This document shows, in pieces, positions 1-9,214 of a stretch of DNA of 64,000 bases; positions within the stretch are counted from its first letter, which is position 1, and each line of letters opens with the position of its first letter. The stretch comes from an uncultured bacterium (GTDB lineage Bacteria > CSSED10-310 > CAZUFC01). The translations under genes were made by a program, and so were the position numbers. The stretch is from contig CAZUFC010000001.1 in NCBI GenBank assembly GCA_964619725.1, forward strand, positions 140,396 to 204,395, written 5' to 3'. The notes beneath the pieces were generated by a model. It ran no database searches, had not been told where the DNA came from, and saw only the letters and a program-made list of their open reading frames with translations.

Positions 1-81
1 GACCCTTACGGCAAGGGCTGGTTGATGACGCTGCAGGCAAGCTCCGTAAAAGAGGATTTGAGAAACCTTTTGAAGGTATGA
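1..81 (+). CDS. 3' end of a glycine-cleavage H-protein (GcvH)-like gene, truncated by the window
   Basis: Frame 1 reads DPYGKGWLMTLQASSVKEDLRNLLKV*; DPYGxGW is the GcvH C-terminal signature. Confidence 0.75.
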   Translation, partial: DPYGKGWLMTLQASSVKEDLRNLLKV

Positions 82-125
82 AGCCTGAGTCATGCGAAAG
101 GACTTTATCCTGAAAGGAGTTGGAC

Positions 126-902
126 ATGGCAAATATACTGGTTGTAGATGACGAAGCTGTGGTGTGCGGCAGCGTTGAACGCATATTGAAACGGAACGGA
201 CATGAAACCGAATGCGTTTTGACGGCGAAAGAAGGCCTGGATTTAATGCAGAACAGAGATTTTGATCTGGTGATAACGGATTTAATGCTGCCGAAAATGA
301 GCGGCATGGATTTAATGCAGATCATCCATGATAAGAAGCCGTCCTTGCCCATAATAATGATTACGGGGTACGCCACAGTAAAAAATGCGGTTCAGGCTTT
401 AAAAATCGGCGCTTTTGATTTTATTCCAAAACCTTTTACTCCGGAGGAGCTACGTTCTGCGGTCACCCGGGCGCTGGAACGGAGCCGTCTGAAAAAGGAA
501 AGCATCAGCCCCCTGCCTGATACCAGGAATATGTATGGGATTCCTGAGCATTCATGGATAAAAATCGATAACGGTGAAGGGGTGGCGGGCGTCGATCCCG
601 TTATGCTTAAAACGATCTCAAAGGTGATCAGCATCGAATTTCCCTTTAAAGGCGACGAACTTTCCCAGGGAGGAATTTGCGCCCGCCTGATATCGAAGAA
701 CAGGAAAATATATGCGGTATGGTCGCCTTTATCCGGGAAAGTGACGGATGTGCACTACAGGCTAAATCAGAATATCGACAAGTTGGAGACTGACGCTTAC
801 GGTGAGGGATGGCTGTTGAAGATAGAACCGACTTTGTTCGATGAAGAAGTGAAAAACTTGAAATCATACCAGGAACAAACCGAAGAGAATGAATCAGAAT
901 AA
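126..902 (+). CDS. Response-regulator receiver domain fused to a GcvH-like domain
   Basis: REC motifs ILVVDD, ITDLMLP, ITGY, KPF; C-terminal half HSWIK...WSPLSGKV...DAYGEGWL; AAGGAG RBS favours ATG 126. Confidence 0.85.
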   Translation: MANILVVDDEAVVCGSVERILKRNGHETECVLTAKEGLDLMQNRDFDLVITDLMLPKMSGMDLMQIIHDKKPSLPIIMITGYATVKNAVQALKIGAFDFIPKPFTPEELRSAVTRALERSRLKKESISPLPDTRNMYGIPEHSWIKIDNGEGVAGVDPVMLKTISKVISIEFPFKGDELSQGGICARLISKNRKIYAVWSPLSGKVTDVHYRLNQNIDKLETDAYGEGWLLKIEPTLFDEEVKNLKSYQEQTEENESE

Positions 903-1419
903 GATAGGACGGATTCTGGCTGCAGGCGTCGGTAATTCCGCCATGAGCGACGATTCCGTCGGAGTGCGGATTATCGAAGAACTGAGAAAACGGGAATGGC
1001 CGGAGAACATTGATTTTGTCATGCTTGATTATGATCCGGTCGACCTTTTAACGTTTTGCGAACAGTACGAATGTCTCGTATTAATCGATGCCGTATCGCG
1101 AAGCGGGAATCCCGGTCAATTGCATATAATAGCCCAGGAGGATTTCTTCAAAGAAGCAAAGCGAGAACGTCCGTGTTCGCTTCATCAACTGGGGCTTTCA
1201 GAAACGTTGAAGCTGGCCCGTGCACTGGGATACCGTTTCCGGTTTTTCCTTTTCGGCATCGAATTCGAAGATTTAAGTCCGGGATTCAGTCTCTCCCGAA
1301 AATTGGCCGACCGTTTTTCCGGCCTGGTTGATGAGATCGCTTCAGAGCTTTTAAAAATCTCTAATAAGAAATCGAAACAGGCGATCTGCAATGATCGTTT
1401 GGAGGTTGCAGTAAAATGA
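889..1419 (+). CDS. Hydrogenase maturation protease (HyaD/HycI family)
   Basis: GVGN...DDSVG, LIDAV and SLHQ motifs; sits in the hydrogenase operon. Confidence 0.9.
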   Translation: MNQNKIGRILAAGVGNSAMSDDSVGVRIIEELRKREWPENIDFVMLDYDPVDLLTFCEQYECLVLIDAVSRSGNPGQLHIIAQEDFFKEAKRERPCSLHQLGLSETLKLARALGYRFRFFLFGIEFEDLSPGFSLSRKLADRFSGLVDEIASELLKISNKKSKQAICNDRLEVAVK

Positions 1420-2447
1420 TAGCTAAACTGTTGCCGAAACAGTATACGAGGAAATTTATCAAGAACCTTGAGTCGTTCGGCAAGGTCCATGCTCCGGTCA
1501 TGAAAGACGATCAGAACGTCGTTTTTTCAGAAGTCGAGGACCCGAAAGACGTAGTTCTGCATTATCAGACGACGATAATTCCGCCGAAGAAGTATTTTTT
1601 CAAGCCGGAGCAGGTCATATTGACCTTTTCGAAAGATAAGGGTTATGAGATACCTGAGGAGGAATTACGGGAAAAACTGGTGCTGTTCGGAGTTCACTCC
1701 TGCGATATAGCGGCTTTACAGATTCTGGACCTGGTTTTTTCGGACAATTATTACGATAAATTCTACTTCACCAGGAGGCGCAATACGGTCGTCATCGGAA
1801 TCAGTTGCACTCCTGACATATATTGTTTTTGTTCGTCCATGGGAACGGATTATGTCGAAAAAGGCTTTGATCTTTTTTTGACGGACATTGGCGATGAGTG
1901 GTTCGTTCGTATCGGAACGGCGAGAGGCGACGACATAGTTCGCCATAACGACAGATTCTTTAAGGAGGCTACTCCGGAGAGCATACGGGAATTCAAGGAC
2001 TTTGCGAACAAGTTTCATGAGATGTTTACACGTCATCTTGATTTGAGCAATCTTTCGCCTATTCTGGAACTGGAATATCAGAGCAAGTTGTGGGATGAGC
2101 TGGGCGACAAGTGCTTAAGCTGCGGAACCTGCTCCTTGATATGTCCGACGTGCTATTGCCACAACATGGTCGACAAGGTTGATTTTAAAGGAACAGGAGA
2201 ACGTGTTAGGACCTGGGATTGCTGTTTGTATGAGGATTTCTCCCTGGTAGCCGGCGGTCATAACTTCAGAGAAAGCAGAGCCTCCCGCATAAAAACCCGT
2301 TTTTTTCACAAACAGCAGGGTTTCGTGGAAAAATACGGCCGACCCAGTTGCGTCGGGTGCGGTAGATGTATTGAAAAATGCCCTGCGGGTATTGACATGG
2401 TCTCCATTCTTGAAAAAATAAGGGGGGAAACGGATGTTGCCGTCTAA
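1416..2447 (+). CDS. hydB: Group 3b [NiFe] hydrogenase (sulfhydrogenase) beta subunit, AsrA-like Fe-S protein
   Basis: CLSCGTCSLICPTCYC and CVGCGRCIEKCP motifs; PPKKYF. Confidence 0.9.
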   Translation: MIAKLLPKQYTRKFIKNLESFGKVHAPVMKDDQNVVFSEVEDPKDVVLHYQTTIIPPKKYFFKPEQVILTFSKDKGYEIPEEELREKLVLFGVHSCDIAALQILDLVFSDNYYDKFYFTRRRNTVVIGISCTPDIYCFCSSMGTDYVEKGFDLFLTDIGDEWFVRIGTARGDDIVRHNDRFFKEATPESIREFKDFANKFHEMFTRHLDLSNLSPILELEYQSKLWDELGDKCLSCGTCSLICPTCYCHNMVDKVDFKGTGERVRTWDCCLYEDFSLVAGGHNFRESRASRIKTRFFHKQQGFVEKYGRPSCVGCGRCIEKCPAGIDMVSILEKIRGETDVAV

Positions 2448-3309
2448 GTTAGCCAGAACGCTTTCCGATCCTAAGGAAGGCTACATATACAAGCCTCACA
2501 ATGCAAACATAACTGACATAAGGTCTTTAATACCTGAACATAAGGTGTTCCGCATCGTCTTCGAGGATGAAGACTACCGGGAAAAATTCACTTTCAATCC
2601 CGGTCAGTTCATGATGCTGAGTCTTTTAGGGGCCGGTGAAGCGCCGATATCGATATGTTCTTCGCCGACCGAAAAAGGTTTTTTTGAATTATGCGTGCGG
2701 CGCACGGGGAGAATAACCGACAAGCTTCACGATATGCAGGAGAATGATCGGGTCGGCGTCAGGGGACCATACGGAAACGGCTTTCCCGTTAATCTGCTGA
2801 AGGGTAACGATCTTCTTATGATAGTCGGCGGTTTAGGCATGGCTCCCCTGCGTTCCTTGCTGCGATATGTCGTCGACAAACGGAAAGAATTCGGAAGGGT
2901 TACTCTGGCGTACGGAATAAGGTCGCCCGATGACATGCTGTTTCACGATGAAATTATGCACCTGTTTCATCGCAAGGATATGAACGTGCTGCTGGCAGCG
3001 GAAAACGCCGGAGAGCATCAAGACTGGCCGGGGAGCATCGGAATGGTTACTGACTTGTTCGACTCCTTTGACGTCGACCTGGAAAAAACTTATGCCGTCG
3101 TCTGCGGTCCTCCCGTAATGTATAAATTCGTTTTAAAGGGGCTGTTGGATATCCATTTCTCCAAAGACAAGATTTTCATGTCTCTGGAACGAAAAATGAA
3201 ATGCGGCGTAGGCAAATGCAATCATTGTTCGATCGGTTATAAGCTAACCTGCATCGATGGACCTATTTTTACTTACTGGGATGCGATTAATCTTCCCGAA
3301 ATAATTTAG
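2434..3309 (+). CDS. hydG: Group 3b hydrogenase gamma subunit (FAD/NAD(P)-binding, 2Fe-2S)
   Basis: PGQF, RGPYGNGF, GGLGMAP, CGPPVM, CGVGKCNHC, CIDGP. Confidence 0.9.
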   Translation: MLPSKLARTLSDPKEGYIYKPHNANITDIRSLIPEHKVFRIVFEDEDYREKFTFNPGQFMMLSLLGAGEAPISICSSPTEKGFFELCVRRTGRITDKLHDMQENDRVGVRGPYGNGFPVNLLKGNDLLMIVGGLGMAPLRSLLRYVVDKRKEFGRVTLAYGIRSPDDMLFHDEIMHLFHRKDMNVLLAAENAGEHQDWPGSIGMVTDLFDSFDVDLEKTYAVVCGPPVMYKFVLKGLLDIHFSKDKIFMSLERKMKCGVGKCNHCSIGYKLTCIDGPIFTYWDAINLPEII

Positions 3310-3320
3310 GGGAATGAAAT

Positions 3321-4106
3321 ATGAGTGAAAAACCTTCGTTATCAATTTACGGACTCACGGGTTGCGCAGGCGATCAGTTGACGATATTGAACTGCGAAGA
3401 TGAACTGCTTGAAATATTTGATGCGGTCGATATACACTCCTTTGTTATGGCTCAAACCGGAAACGTCGAAGATAAAGTGGACGTAGCCCTGGTTGAAGGT
3501 TCAGTCACGCAACCGCATGACAAGGAACATCTGCTGCAAATACGCGAAAACTGTAAGATGCTGGTCGCTATTGGCACCTGTGCTGTTTGGGGCGGCGTTA
3601 ATGCTCTCAGAAACGACGCCGACCGCAGACAGCTCATCAACATCGTCTACGGACCCGAAAACAAAAGCGTGAAATACCGGGAACCAGCGCCGCTGAGCGC
3701 CTTCGTTCATGTGGACTACGCAATTCCCGGATGTCCTGTTGAAAAATCGGAAATCCTGCACGCACTGGCATGCCTGGCTCAAGGCGTCGCTCCCGTTATT
3801 CCCAATTATTCTGTCTGTCATGAATGCAAAATCAGGGAAAATCGCTGCTTATTGATGGAAGACGGCGCCTTCTGCATGGGACCCATAACAAGAGGCGGCT
3901 GCGGGTCCAAATGTCCGAATCTCGGAAGGCCCTGCATAGGATGTCGAGGTCCTGTGGCGGATGCCAATATTCTTTCGGAAGCGAAAATTTTGAGGGAAAA
4001 GGGATATGGGTATCCGGAAATATTGAGACGGCTTCAAACATTCGCTTATCCTGCTAATGCCGTCAATGAAGTTAGAAAAAAATTTCTGCTTGATTCGAAA
4101 ATATAA
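3321..4106 (+). CDS. hydD: Group 3b hydrogenase small (delta) subunit
   Basis: VEGSV, GTCA, PGCP, VCHEC, CMGPITRGGC, CIGCRG. Confidence 0.9.
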   Translation: MSEKPSLSIYGLTGCAGDQLTILNCEDELLEIFDAVDIHSFVMAQTGNVEDKVDVALVEGSVTQPHDKEHLLQIRENCKMLVAIGTCAVWGGVNALRNDADRRQLINIVYGPENKSVKYREPAPLSAFVHVDYAIPGCPVEKSEILHALACLAQGVAPVIPNYSVCHECKIRENRCLLMEDGAFCMGPITRGGCGSKCPNLGRPCIGCRGPVADANILSEAKILREKGYGYPEILRRLQTFAYPANAVNEVRKKFLLDSKI

Positions 4107-4121
4107 GGGAGGAAAAAGGCG

Positions 4122-5420
4122 ATGCCTCATTCTTTTACTATAGACGTTAACGAAGTATGCCGGGTTGAAGGGCACGGTAATATCCACGTTGCAGTGAAAA
4201 ATAATGCCATAGAATACGTCAGGATGGGTATTCATGAAGGTCCCCGATTATTCGAAGCAATGTTCGTCGGCCGCAAATTCCAGGAGGTCCCCAAAATAGT
4301 TTGCCGTATCTGCGCCATCTGCTCAGCTCATCACGATCTGACCTCCATCATGGCACTGGAAAACGCCCTCGGCGGCGTCCGAGTCTCCGAACAGACGAAA
4401 CTTCTTCGAGAATTGCTTTTCCTGGGCGGACAGATCGAAAGCCATTATCTGCACATTTTTTTCCTGGCTCTGCCTGATTTCCTAGGATACGACGGTGCAG
4501 CCGCCATGGCGGCTGATTATCCCGAAGAAGTCAAGCTGGCGCTCAAAATGAAAAAATTGGGCAATACGATCCAGGAATTGGTCGGGGGAAGGGCAATTCA
4601 TCCCATAACTACCGATATCGGCGGTTTCTCAGACGTTCCTTCCGAAAAGGCATTGATGGATTTAAAAACCCAACTGGAAGAAGCCCTGGAAGGCTCCGTC
4701 AAAACAGCGGATATCCTGGCGGGAATAGATTATACGGATTATTACACTGACCAGGACTTCAAATACCTCGCCGTCAAACCGAACCACGATGATTTCGGAT
4801 TCATGGGCGACAAAATCATGGATTCCAACGGCGGACTGAATCCTGTCGAAAAATACAAAGATTACATCAGGGAATACGTCGTGGACCATTCCACGGCCAA
4901 GCAAAGTCTATACAATGAAAAGTCTTTCATGGTGGGCGCTATCGCCAGGACCAACCTCCTGGGAGACAGACTGAAAAACAGGGCGGCTGAAGCATTAAAA
5001 AAACTCGGCCTCGACGAATACTCTGTCAATCCCATTCATAACACTCCCGCCCAGGCCGTCGAAGGTATCTACTGCATCGAACGATGCATCGAAATAATCG
5101 ATGCCCTGCTGGAGAAAGGCGTCAAAAAGGAACCTCAAGCCGGCTATGAAGTAGTTCCGGGAACGGGAGCAGCCGCTACGGAAGTACCCCGTGGAACCCT
5201 TTATCACAGCTATTCCATCAATGAAAAAGGAATCATTACTGCCGCAGATGTTATTACCCCAACGGCTCAAAACCTGGCTAACATCGAATTCCACATGAGA
5301 CAAACAGTCCGGGGTACAAAAGATAAATCTCAGCAGGACATCCGGATGGAATTGGAAAAACTCGTTCGGGCCTATGACCCATGCATTTCATGTTCCGCTC
5401 ACGCCGTCTTCCTGGATTGA
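4122..5420 (+). CDS. hydA: Group 3b [NiFe] hydrogenase large (alpha) subunit
   Basis: RVEGH; L1 RICAIC; EVPRG; L2 DPCISCSAH followed by a short cleavable extension AVFLD. Confidence 0.93.
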   Translation: MPHSFTIDVNEVCRVEGHGNIHVAVKNNAIEYVRMGIHEGPRLFEAMFVGRKFQEVPKIVCRICAICSAHHDLTSIMALENALGGVRVSEQTKLLRELLFLGGQIESHYLHIFFLALPDFLGYDGAAAMAADYPEEVKLALKMKKLGNTIQELVGGRAIHPITTDIGGFSDVPSEKALMDLKTQLEEALEGSVKTADILAGIDYTDYYTDQDFKYLAVKPNHDDFGFMGDKIMDSNGGLNPVEKYKDYIREYVVDHSTAKQSLYNEKSFMVGAIARTNLLGDRLKNRAAEALKKLGLDEYSVNPIHNTPAQAVEGIYCIERCIEIIDALLEKGVKKEPQAGYEVVPGTGAAATEVPRGTLYHSYSINEKGIITAADVITPTAQNLANIEFHMRQTVRGTKDKSQQDIRMELEKLVRAYDPCISCSAHAVFLD

Positions 5421-5773
5421 TGGAACGCCCCTGGTTATTAACATAAATTCATATGCTCTGCTTCCCATCCAATAGCGCCTTCAATACTTCAGAAAAAATG
5501 ACGGTGACTGAAACTACGAATCTCAGAACAGACGCTTCCCCCTTGGACTATCCCGCTGCGATCCCTCTTTTCACGCCCCTTGACAGGTCCAGCCATTTGA
5601 ATTCATGGTCTGCGTTATAGAATAAATTCTTGACTTTGATTGATCGTTTGTGCAGTAATATACTAGAGAAAGCTTCCGGTCGTGAGGAACGGACGGCTTG
5701 TAAAGCATTCGGAAATAAAACAGTCGAAGGGTTTGTCCCATTTGAAAATGAAATTTTTTATTCAGAGGAGGCT

Positions 5774-7402
5774 ATGATGCGTTTCAGCAGTAGAACTCTG
5801 TTTATCGCGTTATTTTTTATTTTATATTGCGGCGCCGGGCTTTCGGGCGTTGAGGGTGCAGGCGGGTTTGAGCCCGTTGCAGCCGAATGGATCGATACGG
5901 CGGCCCATGGATGGATATTGAATTCGGAATATGTCGAGTGGGAGGATGCTGAAGCGGGGCGGCCGATTCCCCTGGAGAATCTGGACGGCGAGATTACGGC
6001 ATATCTTTATCCTGTTCATAAAGGAGCGGAGGTTAAGGGTTATGTGACCATATCCGCTATAAAGGCTTACAGCCCTTTGTTTGAAAGGGCTGCCGGTTCT
6101 GACTTTGTCGATATGGTTCGTCGTTACGGCATCGATTATGATCACAGGCTGCTGTTTTTGGGAAATTTATATTATTTCGTTGAAATCGAAAGCGATAACC
6201 ATAATGAACCTGCTTACATTCATTTGCCTTCATTGGAAGTTTACGAAATAGAAAAAATAGAAAAAATTCAGGAACTTTTCTATGAACGCGAGGAAGACCT
6301 CCTGAGGACATCCCGGGACCATTGGACCGATATGGAAAGAGGCGAATTTTTTACAGGAACGATAGGATCGAATGAAGTTCCCAATGCGGAAGGGTTCGGA
6401 TGGTATCGCGGTTGCGGTCCGACCACCATAACCATGATGCTGCGTTGTTACGGCCGTAACGGGTATCCTGCCATGAACGAAAACATGCAGGAATTTTACT
6501 GGTGCGGTTTAAGAAAGCGGACGGCGCGTCTGTTGCACGACCGGGTAGCCAATTCATGCGGAATGCCTTATGACAGTTGCGATTATAACCAGTACGGAGT
6601 AACGGTTTTCCAGATGCGCAATTCTTTTACCGATACGGCGGCAACTTATGGCTACAACATGGGTGCGACAGTCGACGGGACTCCCAGCTACAACGAATTC
6701 AAGGCTGAAATCGACCAGGGCGATCCGGTGGGGCTGGCGATCTATAATGACAATGGTCCTATGGATTATGACGGGCATGCCATCATGGGATACGGATATA
6801 TTTTCAACGCACAACATGTGGCTTTGGTTTTCGATACCTGGACCAGAAATCCCAGACAATACGCTCTCGAAAACCTGGCGGGATGGAACATGGTCAAGGC
6901 CGAACCCGGTTCGCCGCCGCAGAATACTCCAACGCCGACACCCACTCAACCTCCGCCGCCCACTTTCACGCCGACTCAAGGCTCCACCGCTACTCCGACG
7001 CCCTCTCTGACTCCAACTCCGTCCCCTACTTTTAATCCGCAAAACCCTTTCGTCATCCTGCAGCTCAACGGAGTCTTTTTTACTGAGGGAGACATGTTCG
7101 ACGTCTCACTTAACATCTGGAATCCGGAAGAATCCCAACTGACCTATATCATGATTGCTCTGGACCTCTCCGTGTTCGGACTTCCGGACCCCTACTATTT
7201 CTGGCCCCAATGGAACCAATCTCCGGCAATGGTTCCCAGAAGATTGCCGGCATCCAAAGTATATCAAGAAAAAATCCTGGGCTTCCAGTGGCCGGAAACT
7301 TCCGGTGAAGTATGGGGACTGAGATTCTGGACTGCAGTTTTCGATGCTTCAGGAGAAAACCTCTTCGCCAATTTATTCTTTATCGATTTTGGATATAAAT
7401 AA
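5774..7402 (+). CDS. Secreted papain-fold cysteine peptidase (C10/C39-like) with P/T linker and shared C-terminal domain
   Basis: GAGGAG RBS before ATG 5774; signal peptide; GCGPT (Cys), GHAIMGYGY (His), DTW; PT linker; C-terminus FQWPE...FGYK. Confidence 0.75.
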   Translation: MMRFSSRTLFIALFFILYCGAGLSGVEGAGGFEPVAAEWIDTAAHGWILNSEYVEWEDAEAGRPIPLENLDGEITAYLYPVHKGAEVKGYVTISAIKAYSPLFERAAGSDFVDMVRRYGIDYDHRLLFLGNLYYFVEIESDNHNEPAYIHLPSLEVYEIEKIEKIQELFYEREEDLLRTSRDHWTDMERGEFFTGTIGSNEVPNAEGFGWYRGCGPTTITMMLRCYGRNGYPAMNENMQEFYWCGLRKRTARLLHDRVANSCGMPYDSCDYNQYGVTVFQMRNSFTDTAATYGYNMGATVDGTPSYNEFKAEIDQGDPVGLAIYNDNGPMDYDGHAIMGYGYIFNAQHVALVFDTWTRNPRQYALENLAGWNMVKAEPGSPPQNTPTPTPTQPPPPTFTPTQGSTATPTPSLTPTPSPTFNPQNPFVILQLNGVFFTEGDMFDVSLNIWNPEESQLTYIMIALDLSVFGLPDPYYFWPQWNQSPAMVPRRLPASKVYQEKILGFQWPETSGEVWGLRFWTAVFDASGENLFANLFFIDFGYK

Positions 7403-7601
7403 ACGCCCCTCGATAAACTCGTTCGGCGATAAAAATCAAAATATCTCAAGGTGTCGACAGAAAACTCCAACAGTCTGTTGAAATTACCCTTACAAACGGA
7501 AAAATATGAATAATAGTCCCCGGGGCGGTATCTGCTGCAGTCTGAAAAGCGCCCGCATTTATCCGTCCCTTTTTAGCTCTGGCGTGGCGCTAACGCTGCG
7601 T

Positions 7602-7630
7602 TTGACTAATAAGAATTTGTTTAGTAGTAT
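7602..7630 (+). promoter_or_regulatory. sigma70-type promoter
   Basis: TTGACT-N17-TAGTAT upstream of the gene at 7657. Confidence 0.55.
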
Positions 7631-7656
7631 GATCCTTGCCTTCAATGGAGAGAGTG

Positions 7657-9081
7657 ATGACTAATCAAGGTGAAAAAAAATGCCCTCTTTGCGGAAGACC
7701 CTTAGAAAAAGATAAAAAAATATGCGATTATTGTCTGGGGGTAGCTAAAGCGCCGAACGACGTGGCTCGTCTCAGGAAAGAATTACTCGTTGATTTTCCC
7801 CCTTTGAACGAAAGCGAAGAAACAACCGCGGCATCCAGCGCGGAAGATGAAAGCGGGGGAACTTCTGCTGGAGAAAAACGAAAAGAGAAACCTGAAAAAT
7901 TCCGACCGGCTTTCGGCGTCAGAAAATCGGAAACATCAGAAAAACAGGAATTCCTTGCCGAAGAACTGCATAAACAGGCTTTCGATTACCTGAACAGAGG
8001 AAAATTCGCCAAGGCCATTGAATTGTGGGAACGAGCGCTTGAATATGATCCGGAATTCGATCAGGCAAGAGACTATATAACCAAAGCCAGACAACTGATA
8101 GATGAAGCACGTGAAACATATCGACAGAAAAAACCGGAAACCAGAAAGAAAAAGAAGATACGTTTTTCACGCGTTTTGCTGACCACATTAATTTTATGCG
8201 CTATGTTCGCTGCAGGATATTATTATTTCAGGGAAAAAATTAACAAGATACGCGAGGAGGCCGAAACGCTCGATATCAAGCCTAAAATGGAGAGGATCGA
8301 AGCGGTTGAGGTCCATGGAATGGTTCAGATTCCTGCCGGAAGCTTTCCCATGGGCAAACCGGAAGATGATCCGGGAGCAAGTAAAGACGAAAAACCAAAA
8401 AGGAGCGTTTACCTGAACGAATATTACATGGATAAATACGAAGTGACCAATTCCATGTACGCCCGGTTCATTAACGAGCGAGGTTTGGGAGAGCCGGGGA
8501 AGCAGCCCTGGATCGATATCAGAAATCCGGCATGCAAAATCAGGAAGTTCGGCAACCAATTCAAGGCGGTACCGGGATATGAAGATTATCCCGTCGTGGC
8601 GGTGAATTGGTTCGGCGCCATGGCTTTCGCTCGTTGGGCCGGCAAAAGACTACCCACTGAAGCGGAATGGGAAAAAGCGGCAGGAGGAACCCTGGGTTTG
8701 AATTATCCCTGGGGAAACGAATGGGAGCCCAACATGGCCAACCTGGAAGAACGAAATACGCAAAGTCCGATTTCTGAAACCGTGCCGTTAGAGGACATCA
8801 GTCCCTACGGACTTTATCATATGGCCGGCAATGTTATGGAATGGTGCGCCGATTGGTACCAGGATAACTATTATTCTCGAGGTTTCGGCAGGAACCCCCA
8901 AGGTCCGCCTCAGGGAAAATTTAAAACGAAAAGAGGCGGCAGCTTCAAAACCAGCTCATATCTCAGCCGTAACTCTCATCGCGGTTTTGCCTCTCCAAGA
9001 GAATACGCTGAAGACCTGGGTTTCCGTTGCGCATCCTATCAAGCCCCTAAGCGGGATATCGTTGACTTGGAAACCCCCTGA
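7657..9081 (+). CDS. Zn-ribbon/TPR/TM protein with a C-terminal FGE-sulfatase (SUMF1-like) domain
   Basis: CPLC...CDYC; one TPR; TM helix; FPMG, YEVTN, RLPTEAEWEKAA, GNVMEW, RGGS, LGFRC; GGAG RBS before ATG 7657. Confidence 0.85.
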   Translation: MTNQGEKKCPLCGRPLEKDKKICDYCLGVAKAPNDVARLRKELLVDFPPLNESEETTAASSAEDESGGTSAGEKRKEKPEKFRPAFGVRKSETSEKQEFLAEELHKQAFDYLNRGKFAKAIELWERALEYDPEFDQARDYITKARQLIDEARETYRQKKPETRKKKKIRFSRVLLTTLILCAMFAAGYYYFREKINKIREEAETLDIKPKMERIEAVEVHGMVQIPAGSFPMGKPEDDPGASKDEKPKRSVYLNEYYMDKYEVTNSMYARFINERGLGEPGKQPWIDIRNPACKIRKFGNQFKAVPGYEDYPVVAVNWFGAMAFARWAGKRLPTEAEWEKAAGGTLGLNYPWGNEWEPNMANLEERNTQSPISETVPLEDISPYGLYHMAGNVMEWCADWYQDNYYSRGFGRNPQGPPQGKFKTKRGGSFKTSSYLSRNSHRGFASPREYAEDLGFRCASYQAPKRDIVDLETP

Positions 9082-9214
9082 ATTTAAAAGATTTTACAGT
9101 CATGCCGGGATCAATGCCGGCTTAAAAACGGTAACGGAAGCGAAAAATAATATTGATTCAGAGGTTTCACTGATCGCTTGCCGCAGGATCAGATCATTTT
9201 CATAGCAGTCGGAC

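Noticed and set aside
5630-5773. N-terminal extensions given by the ORF track (also 48236-48355, 54781-55056, 44567-44698)
   Set aside because: Downstream starts have a clear RBS and signal peptide (5774, 48356, 54780) or match the domain start (44566)
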